Positions 38,500-49,439 of a DNA stretch of 64,000 nt are shown here, piece by piece. A program made the position numbers and the translations under genes. The notes below the pieces were generated by a model. That model worked only from the letters and a program-made list of their open reading frames with translations. It searched no databases and had not been told where the DNA came from. The first letter of the stretch is position 1, and each line of letters begins with the position of its first letter. Source of the stretch: Lophium mytilinum (taxonomy: Eukaryota); the NCBI GenBank assembly GCA_010093605.1, contig MU004186.1, positions 1,220,616 through 1,284,615 of the forward strand, given 5' to 3'.

Positions 38500-41400
38500 T
38501 CAGCCTCCTTTCCTATCGGCTTCATTAGCGGGCAGCGGCTCGCCCTGCAGCTTTGCCTCACTAGCCAGCTTCTGGTTCGTAACCGATTTGGATTTCTTGT
38601 TTCGCCGCCTTACTGTGGGAGTCTGCTGCCACGTTCCGGACTGCATTTTATCGCTTGGGCTTCCTCTATTCGACTTGTCGTTCATTGGAGTGTCTTTCTT
38701 GAGTTGACTGGATTTGGCCTCTTTCGAGTTTTGCGCAGCTCGGAACGACAGCGGTTGCTGGTTCTCCTTACTTGTTGACATAGTTCCGTTCAGGAGCTGC
38801 TGTTTCGCCATTTCTAATTGGCGGCTGACGGTAGGCGAAGGTGTCCGAGTCTCGAAGACTGGCGACAGTAATGGTAAACCAGCAGATTTTATTTCTTGCG
38901 CCGGAACTCTTGAAGCTTTCGTATCGAGTGGACTTATCCCGTTTGGGAGTTGACCGCTCCGCCACTGCTGTTGGTTCCGTGTTGGAGACACTTCTGCTGA
39001 ATGACTAGTGCTGTCTCCATTGAGAGAGCCATAGTGACTTAGCAAGGGTTCCGGAAGCTGCGGAAATGCCTGTCTTGGACCAGAGGGCACACGTGACAAG
39101 CTATTTGGGTCTGTCGAGGATACGACCCCCACGCCATTGGACATCTCAGATCGGGAAACCTCTGCCGCGTTGTGACGTTGTAACAGTGCATCTGCAAAGA
39201 GCTGTTGTTGCCTCTGCTCGGAAGAAGTCGGAAATCGGTACGACTCTCCAGTAGGCATGTATATTCCCAAGGCAGATGGGCCCTTGGAGTTCGGGTCAGT
39301 GTTGGCCATATCGACAGATTCGCTCATAGCTCGTGTCTCTCGCGGCTTCGTAGGATACGAGCCGTTCGCAATTACTGGGCCCTCTCCCTCGGGGGTTGAG
39401 GTCAATTCGCCACGACCTGTCCGCTGCTGGGACTTCACCCCCAACGGCGGCGTCACACCCGTTGAATAGCTTCGAAGATGACCAGAGAGCGGTGATGGGG
39501 ATCTTGATACTCGCCTCAAGGTACTGTTTAGGAAGGGTTGCCCGATTTCTGGAGAAACTCGTCGTCGACGTTGCGCAAGCTCGTTGTATGTGGGTATTTG
39601 CGGAACGCTGTAGTCCGGTGCCTGTGGAGCGATCTTTGGGGCGATCTTTGGGGAGTCATCAACAAACCATCCCACGTATTCTTTCGGTGTACCATGATCT
39701 GATGACACAGCACTCTCAGGGAAACTTGTCATTGGACTGTAAGGTGGTTCTGCGATCGACGAACTCGGAGTCGCATCTACCGTAGAACGAGCGATAGGAT
39801 AGCCAACAAAGGCACTTGGGTCGAAGTAGGGAGGCGGAGGATAGCCCGGTGGTAGCTGTGAATTAGGAACAGCACGAGCAGGTTGCGACTGCGAACGAAT
39901 CGAGCCGGTGTCACTGGCAGCTGACGTCCGATGTACACCACGCCGGAGCCCAGGAATACTGTTCGTCAGCGATGGAGACGACGGGTTCGTCCTAGATCCG
40001 TCCTGGGAAGTTGATGAAGCTATCGACTGGTTAAAGTCATAGAAGCCGGGGTAGTGATAGAGGAGCAAAGAAGGAGGTATGGTTCCAGTCGTAGGCATGC
40101 TTTCGGAGGTCCGTGGACTCGACGTGCCGTTCATGTAAGGCGACTTTTGTGGAGAGCCGTTGGTTAATTGTCCTCGAGCCTGTTGTGCCTGAGCCTGGAC
40201 TTGGTTGATGGCGTGAGCCTGCATATGTGCATGTTGTTGCGCTCTTTGCTGCGCCATCAGTTGAGCTCTTAGAGAATTTGATTGCATCTCCAGAAGCTGG
40301 TATTGCTGATAAAGCTGGTCGTGGAGCTGCTCGTTCAATCCACGAACAAAGTAATCTTGTCCGTTGACCTGTCCGTTGACTTGTCCGTTGACGCCGATAG
40401 GAGGGCTGTGGAGGAATGGCGGGCGGTTATTATGAAACGATGCGCCACTTGAAGATCGTCGTTGATATTGGTTGTTCTTGTAGTTGAAGCTGCCACGGCC
40501 TCCTCGTTGCCCAGCTCCACCCCGGCCACCCCTCCCAGCCGGCGTGCTGCTGGTCAAGATTGGCTTCGGCACTGGTGTCGGCCGCTTGAAGATAATCTTC
40601 TCCTCCGGAGGGAATTCATACTGCTCGCAAGCCTTCTCTAGCTGTCCTCCATCAGCAAGTAGATTGAATGCAAGCCGAAGCTCCAGATGAATCCCTCTCC
40701 ATGCAAAGTCATCCGCCGAGTTCCCGAGATTCCGGTAGGTATTGAATGGCTCCTCAACACACAAGCGATTTCGGGCCTCTCGAGTCAAACTATCCAGATC
40801 CCAGCCCTTTTCTTTCCGCGACATTAGCCTCCCTTGCCTCACAGAAATGACAGACTTTTCGTAATCAATCTCGTGCCCATAACGTCGGAAAAAATGGAAC
40901 AAAAGTTGCCCCACGGTTTCTTTGTTGTTAACACCAAAACCTTGTAGCTTTTCTAGGTCATCAGCAAAGTCAGACTGCTCGCCAGTCTCCTTAATTGTGT
41001 TCCGGTAGGGGAGGTGATGGAGGGAAGGTAATATCGGAGGATCTCGTGTCTGTAGAAAGTTTAAGATCATGCATATCCAGGTGTATGAGCTGATGGTGCC
41101 GCCAAGGGCTAAATTGTTCGTCAGAAGGAGACCCAAGAATTAGAGACAGCCCATACTCACCAGCATCATTCAAGATACGCTGCTTGGTCCAGTACTTGAT
41201 GATCATCGCGAGCGGTCGAACTCGTTCATCAATCTGGACGTACGTCTTTATCATGCGCGTATTTTCTAGAGCCATGGTGTTGTTGACGTTCATATCACAC
41301 GCCAATTGTAATTCTGGGTCCCAGATTTTCACGATTGGGACCTTTGCGGAAGGAACGCAGACTACCTTTTCCATGCCATCTTCTCGGTGTTAGCAAATTT

Positions 41401-42548
41401 CAGAGCCTGCCATATATGAGCAAAGGAGTCCTCAATGAACGTACGCTTGGCGAGGGCCTCAGCCAATATATGCATCGACTCTAACTTTTTCATAGGTGTC
41501 TGGATGCAGACGTCCACTTATGCTGAATTAGCGTCGAACGTGCTAAATTTGAGAGTGGTTTTGGCATCCTGACATGCGACAACATACCGTCAGATTCGCT
41601 AGTGCACAGTAAGTTGCCCGACGAACCGAATACATGGACCTTAAACTCGTATCCAGGCCACTCGCGGTGCAGAATATTTTCCAGCTTTTGCACAAACTTG
41701 ACCCTCCGCGCCTCACTCTCAGGAGTGGGCAATATCCGGTCGTAGAGTTCCCTCATATCGCCGCTCAGCTTCTTTTCCTCATTTGGATCTAACTCCTTTT
41801 TTGGCTCCTCTTTCGCCTTTTCTAGTGTATCTGAGGAAGTATAGGGGATGCGTCTCCTCCCGAAGGCGACATTGGTTTCGTACTTGCAACCTTGTCGAGG
41901 TTTCCGCAAGGTGGGAAGGTGTCCATTTGCTTCCGAAGAGACAGACCGCGGAGAATGGCTCCCTAGACCGCCATTTGGTGAAGGGGACCTGGACCGAGAA
42001 ACAAATTCTCGAGGGTATTGGTGTGGGGTCGACGGGACCGAGCTGGAGTTGTGAGACACCATGGAGGGCCGTTGAGAGAGCGGGTTCGCGAACTCCTCCT
42101 CTCGTATGCTCCCCATTGCGGAAGCGTCACCGGGCGTCATCGGCACTGCGCCAGTGTGTACTGGTGTTCTGCCACTGTTATGCCCATCGAGTTTCTGTCG
42201 CGATTGCGTAGACTTGACTTGCTTGTTTCTGGGACCAGTGCGAGTGAGGTCCCGCTCGGCGTTCGGGTTCGGGGGATGCTGAGACACGATGCCGGTTGGG
42301 GGTTGCGTGACGAGTTGGTATTTCTGATAGAAGGTGTTGAGGTGAACGAGGTTCACTAGCGGGTTTAGGAGGAGCGTGGGGTGCGGTGATTGCAGGAGGT
42401 TGCTGGGGGGTGGCCAGAGGAGCGCGGGCGCCGACTCCTGAGCCGCGAGGTGGGCAGCGGCGGGCGGTGCTTCGTGAAAGGCGAATGAAGCTTTCTGAGT
42501 GTAGTAGATATATTCTGAGCCGGAATCAGTGTGTCGTGATCCCCCCAT
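38500..42548 (-). CDS. Cid1/Cid13-type non-canonical poly(A)/poly(U) polymerase (terminal nucleotidyltransferase), multi-exon; start uncertain
   Basis: VFGSSGNLLCTSESD|VDVCI catalytic motif, AKVPIVKIWD...CDMNVNN, GGTISSY and PAP-associated LCVEEPFNTYRNLGN, followed by a long low-complexity C-terminus. Confidence 0.9.
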
Positions 42549-43984
42549 AAACCTATGTGGCACGAAAAGAAGGTCGCGATCGCCGAGCAGAAGAGGGGCG
42601 GCCGAGCAAGAAGCACCTCGCAGGCACAGCAGACAGGCGGCGTAGAGAGGCAGAGATGGTGGGACGGGGCAAGACGGCGTACCACGGTGAAAGAGGGTGT
42701 TGTGCAATTCCACGTCGCGGTGTGCTTCTTCTGCTAGTTGCCCCTGCTCAAGGCGTGGTCATTGGGGGTGACGAGAGCGTGCGGCGGGGACGGCGTGGCA
42801 GCAATGCGTGCTAAACAATGGCAGAAGAGAGTTGGGGGCACAGGAGGACACGGCGAGCAGGCGGGGGGCTCGTGGTGAGGTGCGAGAAGCAGATAGAGAG
42901 GGAGTGGTAGAGAGGGTGAGTACGGGATCAATAGACCTCACTCGCTTGGCTGCGATGGAGCCAGCTCGAAGTTTGGGGTAGTCGCTCCATACATCGCACT
43001 TTAATTTGCGCCGCAGCAACAGCGTAGTGCGCATCAGGCCATTCAGCATCTCTCTATCTACCGCCGCAGCCTGTTCTTGCGTTCCTTTGCCCGTCGCCAA
43101 TGCTACGCGCTGTACGCCTTTCACTCCGCGACTCAAAGGAAGGCCCACCGCGTCCCTCAGCGACAATGAGACCAGAAGACGCCCGGCGCGCCACAGGGAC
43201 CGTCAGGCCTCGAATCTCACCACACCCGATGGCGCCGCCGTTGTACACATGGCTCTCTCAATAGCAATCGCTGACCAAGGGCGCTGGGGGTATCCCTCAC
43301 CTGGCAGCGCTGAGAGCAGAGCTGAGGCAAGACGGGCCATGCGGGTACATCGTACTGTGCTGGACACTGGCAGCAGCCTCCGTAGCATGTCAGACGCCAG
43401 ATACTACGTGAGCTGCGGTGCCATAGAGCAGCGTGCTCAGCGCCGCAGTCTCCTTGCCTGGGGCTACTCGACGGCTCTGCACAGGAACGCGCCTGTCGTC
43501 GCCATCCGACATGGCTTTCAGTTCCTGCAGCGGGCAGCATGGCGGCCAAGGGCCTTCCCGTGCTTCCGGCCGCATAGTGGCACGAACAGGTCTTCGAGAC
43601 GGCGATTAATTCCCCAAATCGTGGAGAAACAGCAGTCGAGCTCTCAGGCCACTCCCAGCACCCGCCCGCTTGTATGCGCGCATATTGGCCATCAATTTGG
43701 CCGCCAGGTGCCAGACAACGTATGTGTGTAATTATGGAGACGGCCAGGCTTTACGGCGGGCTTCCATTTGTTCTTCCATCAATCTTCCACAAAGAACGGA
43801 AGCGGGGGTACGGCTAGCTAAGCCGACCAATTGCGTCGAACATCACGTGCGCGCTACGGCGGGCGAGGAAGCCGGCCCCACCTTCATTCACTCCCCTCGT
43901 CCGAGGTACATCTCCGCAATGCATTATAGACTGCGCTTCACATTTCATTCCACTTCTTCCAAACTTGTCCACGCATATAGCACC

Positions 43985-44899
43985 ATGTCGAAACCAGGAA
44001 AACGACTGGGTAGGCTTCCAATGGCACAAACTTTACAAGCAGTGCTCACAGTATCTGGCAGCCAACCCCGCCCTTTTGTACGGAACTTCCCCGTGTACAG
44101 CCCAATGCCGTCGCTGATGCTCTTCCAGTATCTGCGACCTGCAGGAGAAGTTTCGGCCTGCCATCCATGAATTCCCCAAGGTCATTTCGACTGCACAGAA
44201 GATGCTCAAAGCGAGTAAGTCCCACTGCATCACTTCTCGACATCAAACCATGAAGCCTTCAGCACCTTTCAAGAATACAGTCACTAACAGCTCTAACTCT
44301 TAGGTAAAATCCTCAACATCCCCGTCGTCGCCACAACCCAAAACCGCGCCCGTCTCGGCGAGACCTGCCCCGAACTCAACCTCGACACCCAAGACGGCAT
44401 CACCACCCTCGTGCATGCCGACAAATCCCTCTTCTCCATGTGGACCCCCGAGGTCCGGGACGCCCTCTCAAAGCTGTCTACCCCCCTCTCCTGCGTCATC
44501 GTTGGCATCGAATCCCATATCTGCGTCACGCAGACCACACTCGACCTCCTGCGTGAAGGCTACAAGGTCTACATCCTCGCCGACGGCGTCAGTAGCTGCA
44601 ACAAAGAAGAGATACCCGTTGCGCTGGCAAGGCTGCGGGCCGAGGGCGCGGTGGTGACGACAAGCGAGAGCTGGTTGTACGAGTGCATGGGAGATGCGGG
44701 GATCGAGGAGTTCAGGGGGATTGTGAAGTTGGTCAAGGAGACGAGTGGGACAACGAAGGACGAGTGGGACAACGAAGGACGCGTTGCAGGCGCTTGCCAA
44801 GATATGAATGGGGAAGAGGTGACACAGAGGGAGTTGGTGGGCTGGCCTTGGTGCGGCGAGCACGGTGCATATGTTATTGGAAACGTGACCTTGCGATGA
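43985..44899 (+). CDS. Isochorismatase-like hydrolase (YcaC/ISOC family); C-terminus frameshifted by a 19-bp duplication
   Basis: [47 protein letters not shown] and TTSESWLYE. An in-frame upstream ATG lies at 43,919. Confidence 0.9.
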
Positions 44900-45228
44900 A
44901 GCACGGTCTATATGGTACAAAGACCCGCGGGGAGGGGACGCCGAAGGAGGTGACAAGATGGAGTTCATGCGCTGAACTTGGGGTATATGTTGTTCTGGTC
45001 GCTACGACCTACGAGCACGGTGTATATGTTATAAAAGACTCGCTTGGGGGCCATGAAGGGTGTGTGAGTAGGGGGGGAACTGGAGTAAAGAGGTTAGGTT
45101 TCGAAATCTAAACATGAGGTCAACATCTTGACAACACACGCTGTGACTCAGAATATCAATGCTGTATTCATGACAGCCCATATCAGACCTTGGATTTGAG
45201 ACTACTTATAGTGGGTTGAGATTATAAA

Positions 45229-45410
45229 CGGGAGCCAGTCCGTGCGATTTGAACTTGATTTTGGCATGTTATTAGAGTGCACCCTATACCAGGCCCTCCG
45301 AATTGGCCGATCACAATGCTTTAGGATGTATGAAGGGGAGCCAGTCCGTGCGATTTAGACCTAATTGTGGCATGTTATTGGACGCCACTGCATATCAGGC
45401 CATTGGATGG
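45229..45410 (+). repeat. Diverged ~107-bp tandem duplication (intergenic)
   Basis: gggagccagtccgtgcgattt...tggcatgttatt...caggcc occurs at ~45,230 and ~45,337. Confidence 0.75.
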
Positions 45411-46005
45411 AAGTTTCTACGTGTGGGACCTCGTCTTCACGTTTTTAGAACCAGAGTCGACCATGGGTCCATATGTTCTAAGGTCGCCCTCTTTATCTCA
45501 AAAAAGATAGAACATGGCCCTACGAAAAGGTCATCCGCACCCACCAGATAGCAAATCGATGGCCGAAGGACCCCAAAAAAAGCAACCACACCCTCGGCCA
45601 GACCTGCACCTTCGCCTACCCACCGCAATCCAGGCGGTCGGCGCGCCCCGCAGCTCTGCAGCCAAACCGCTCTGCGTCAAGCGCTGCACCGATCGACAGC
45701 AGAGGGCGCCGTGCGGCCTCCGGCAGTGGTGTGCCAAGCTGTAAATGTTTTTTCGGCGCGCCCGTGGATGAGGGTTGCAGCGGCACATACATAAATGGGG
45801 CGAGTCCCCGCCTTTCCCGCTGTTACTCTATCGCAACTTTTGCTCTGCAACTGCGACTTTCTCAGTAAGCGACTTCAGGAGTTTTGCGCTTGCTCTGTGT
45901 TTGAAAAGCTCCAATTACACTTTCGGTTCGTGGACGTTTGAGACTGAACGAGATCACGATTTCGGAAATACGAAGTTACGGCTGTAAGATACTGGGAAAT
46001 ACGCA

Positions 46006-47478
46006 ATGGCGCAACACAATTCTGCCGCTGTTATGAGTAAGGACGTCGATATCGGGCCTGCTGAGCAGGTCGATTCCACCATGCATGTCCGCCCCAAGGG
46101 CAGCGACATCTCCGACGATAGTGGCTCTGGAAATGGGCGCGCTGTCGACGGTCATGGCGTGCCTGAGTTGGTGGGCGAGAATGGTGCGCCCACCGAGGGT
46201 GGACGGAAGGGGCAGGGGAAGGGGAAATGGTTCAATTATCTGAAGACGAAGGATTTCTGGATTGTATTGCTGCTTGGGTAAGTTTTCCTCACGAAAGTCA
46301 CTGGAAGTATTGGGTGTTGAACCACACATCGTCAAATGTGGTGGGAAAATGGGGCAATGCTAACAGGATCACAGGCAGGTCCTCTCCATCTGCATCACGA
46401 GCACGAATACCTTCTCTCAGCTCCTGTCTATGCAAGGAACCAGCATCCCAGCTTTCCAGACTTTCTTTAATTACGTATTGCTTAATATCGTCTACACCGG
46501 CTGGACCCTGTACAAGTACGGATTCAAGAAATGGGGACAGATTGTCTTCAAAGATGGATGGAGGTACTTCATCCTGGCTTTCATGGATGTGGAAGGGAAC
46601 TACTTCGTTGTTCTAGCCTACCGCTACGTAAGTACTTCTGCTCCCATTACTCCCATTACTCCCATTACTCCCATTACTCCCATTACTCCCATTACTCCCA
46701 TTACTCCCATTACTCCCATTACTCCCATTATTCCCCACTAACACACCCCCAGACCACCATCCTCTCCGCCCAACTCATAAACTTCTGGGCCATCGTCGTC
46801 GTCGTCATCATGTCGCTCATCTTCCTCCGCGTCCGCTACCACATCACCCAATACCTAGGCATCTTCCTCTGCATCGGCGGCATGGGCATTCTCTTCGGCT
46901 CCGACCACATCACCGGCAACAACAACTACCCCGCATCCAACCAGCTCAAAGGCGACCTCTTCGCCCTCCTCGGCGCTTCCTTCTATGGCCTCAGCAACTG
47001 CTTCGAGGAGTTCCTCGTCTCCAAGAAGCCCATGTACGAGGTCATCGGCCAGCTCGCCTTCTGGGGCATGCTGATCAACGGCACGCAAGCCGGCATCTTC
47101 GACCGGCAGAGCTTCCGGGACGCGACGTGGAACGGGCCCGTGGGCGGGTACCTCGTCGGCTACACGCTCGTGCTCTTCATCTTCTACTCGCTGGCGCCGA
47201 TCCTGTTCCGCTTGTCCTCGGCCGCCTTCTTCAACATCTCGCTGCTGACGGGCAATTTCTGGGGCGTGGCGATCGGCGTCAAGGTGTTTGGGCTGAAGAT
47301 CCACTGGATGTACCCGATTGCGTTTGTGTTGATCTTGATCGGACATGTGTTCTACTTCATGACGGAGAGCATGCTGGGCGAGGCGGAGAAGCCGTGGTTG
47401 GGCGAGGATCAGGCGGATGGGGTTGCGGGGATTGGAACGGCGAGGAGGCGGAGGGAGAAGCCGAATGCGATTGTCTAA
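46006..47478 (+). CDS. SLC35F-family (DUF914) multi-pass transporter, 3 exons
   Basis: LLG|QVLSICIT, PAFQTFFNYVLL, DVEGNYFVVLAYRY|TTILSAQL, GDLFALLGASFYGLSN..EEF and SSAAFFNISLLT. Confidence 0.92.
46641..46730 (+). repeat. 9-bp minisatellite (CTCCCATTA)x10 in an intron of the SLC35F gene
   Basis: Perfect tandem units between donor gtaagt (~46,628) and branch site ctaac (~46,738). Confidence 0.95.
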
Positions 47479-47626
47479 GAGAAATAGGAGTTTGGTACGT
47501 GGAAGAGTGTGGTGGGTGGGAGTTGCTGAGGGGGAATGACGGAAGAATATACAATGATGACATGCAAATACGACATAGTCACATTCTCTGGATATCTTTA
47601 TCATGATCTCTGATTCCCGTAGCCTA

Positions 47627-48040
47627 GTTGCTTGAAGTCACGAAATCAACTGCGTAAATCATTTGTTGACTAGGCACAGAGGGCATTGCTGACCCTCATA
47701 CTGCAGCATTAGAATCAAAATCGTGGAGAATTGATAGGAAAAAGATAGTAAAGCGCCCTTAAGGAGCCCCCGCCCTGTTGAGTTACAGGTTTGTACAGAA
47801 TGACCCGTGTAAGCCTTTTTTCGGTAGACCCGATGTGCCCTCTTCGTACAGCTTGCGTAGCTCTTCCTTAACCACAGCGCCTGAATCAGCTCGCCGGCGA
47901 AAGGATGATTTAAGATTGCTAAGGCACCTTAGTAAAGGTTGAGCCTCTTCTAGTTACAAGTTTTTACAGAACCAAACCCTGTAGGCAATATTTTTGTAGA
48001 CGTGGTGTACCAACTGCGCGGTGCTTTTCAACTAGAGTAT
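47627..48040 (+). repeat. Diverged ~170-bp tandem repeat, left array
   Basis: Anchor ac.(g/a)cagc....aatca at 47,700 and 47,871; anchor gttaca(a/g)gt at 47,782 and 47,953. Period 171. Confidence 0.7.
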
Positions 48041-48363
48041 ATTTGCCCGACAGATAGTTGCGGCGAAACGCTGCGTATATCCGCAAACCAAGCAAACTAC
48101 AACTAGATACTAAAAGAGGTGGCATATCATATTAATAATATATATACTACACTGCCGAAAGTGCTTGAACCCCGGCTGAAGGCGCCGAAGATTGGCCGAC
48201 AGCGGTCATTTGCCAAGACCATAACTACACTTAAAACCGTGACAACCAGCCGCGAACACCATCCTTAACTAGACCACAGCAGAACACCAATCCTAGGTGC
48301 CACCCATAACATATTGCGGCCAGTCGCAGGACACTACGACAAGTCGCGGCAACTAGCCGCAAG

Positions 48364-49119
48364 ATGTCGACCTCAACAATAATTACAACGTGCGAAAAGT
48401 GCGGGAAAACATGCGCGTCCACGGGCGGATTATTACGACATTGGAATTACTGCGAGCGAACTGAACAAAAGAAACGCAAGCGAGAGCATGGAGATGACCG
48501 CTCCGCTAATAAGACACCCGACGGCTCGCGACATCGACGAAATTATACTACCCTACTAGATGGCCTAAACAAAGGAAACGAGGAGACCAACCACAGCAAC
48601 CTGCACACACAACCCACCCAGTCACACGAGCCGAAGCCGACCAAGAGACCTCCGCAGGAACGTCCACAACCGACAGAGGGCCGCCATTCGGGGTCGCCGC
48701 TAGGCTTGTCGACATCGAAATCACGGGAATACGAAGAAGACGACACCCTACTTGAGACGACTACAAGCTTTTACCCATTCCGAACCGCAATTGAGCACGC
48801 CCAAGTAATGTGGTGGGTAAAAACGGGAACATCAAACAGGGCTATAACCGAATGGCTCCAAGATAGCAGAATCCAGCTGATGACGGAACCATACTTCTAC
48901 TGCAAGAGCGCAAAAGACGTACGGCGCCTGCTACTGCAGACACGGTCATAGAACAAAGGCCAGGGAAATCGCTTGGACGACAACAGCAGTCATCACCGGT
49001 ACTTCGAAATTCCTTTTACACCACCGCAACCCAATCCATATTCTAGCAACGATGCTCGGCCACACGCCGTTCTTCGGGGATATAGTCTTCTCCCCCATAA
49101 GGCAATTCTCCGCATCTGA
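48364..49119 (+). pseudogene. Plavaka-like transposase remnant with N-terminal zinc finger; frameshifted and truncated
   Basis: CEKCGK...GLLRH...C zinc finger; FYPFRTAIEHAQVMWW...S...I.EWL; after a frame change near 48,950, LLHHRNPI...MLGHTPFFGDIVFSPIRQF. This matches the Plavaka N-terminal pattern as I recall it. The catalytic core is absent. Confidence 0.7.
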
Positions 49120-49432
49120 ACCGCAGCGCCTAAATCAGGCCCCTATTAAAAGCAGAAAAAAAAGGCACTGGTCCACTTCAGCGGCCAAAACACGTAATTT
49201 AATTACAAGTCATCACAGATTTAACCGTATAACCTAAATTTCTTCAAACATCGCGTACCCTTCGCGTACTTCCTTTTACTCTCTTACTATAGCGGGTAAA
49301 TTAGTTCTACAGCAGAAGCATAGGAATATGCGATTGAAGCACCTCCGTAGAAAAATTATGTACTTTTGTTACAAGTTTCCACATAATCAACCGCGCGAAA
49401 CGGAAGTTGATAGACGCGGAGGGTATGTGAAA
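49120..49432 (+). repeat. Diverged ~166-bp tandem repeat, right array (same family and orientation as the left array)
   Basis: accgcagcgcctaaatcag at 49,120 vs accacagcgcctgaatcag at 47,871; anchor pairs at 49,120/49,202 and 49,286/49,368. Confidence 0.7.
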
Positions 49433-49439
49433 TGTACCT

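Noticed and set aside
42760..43900. Overlapping ORFs including 43,006-43,731 (241 aa)
   Set aside because: GC-rich divergent promoter region; Arg/Ala-rich translations with no domain signal.
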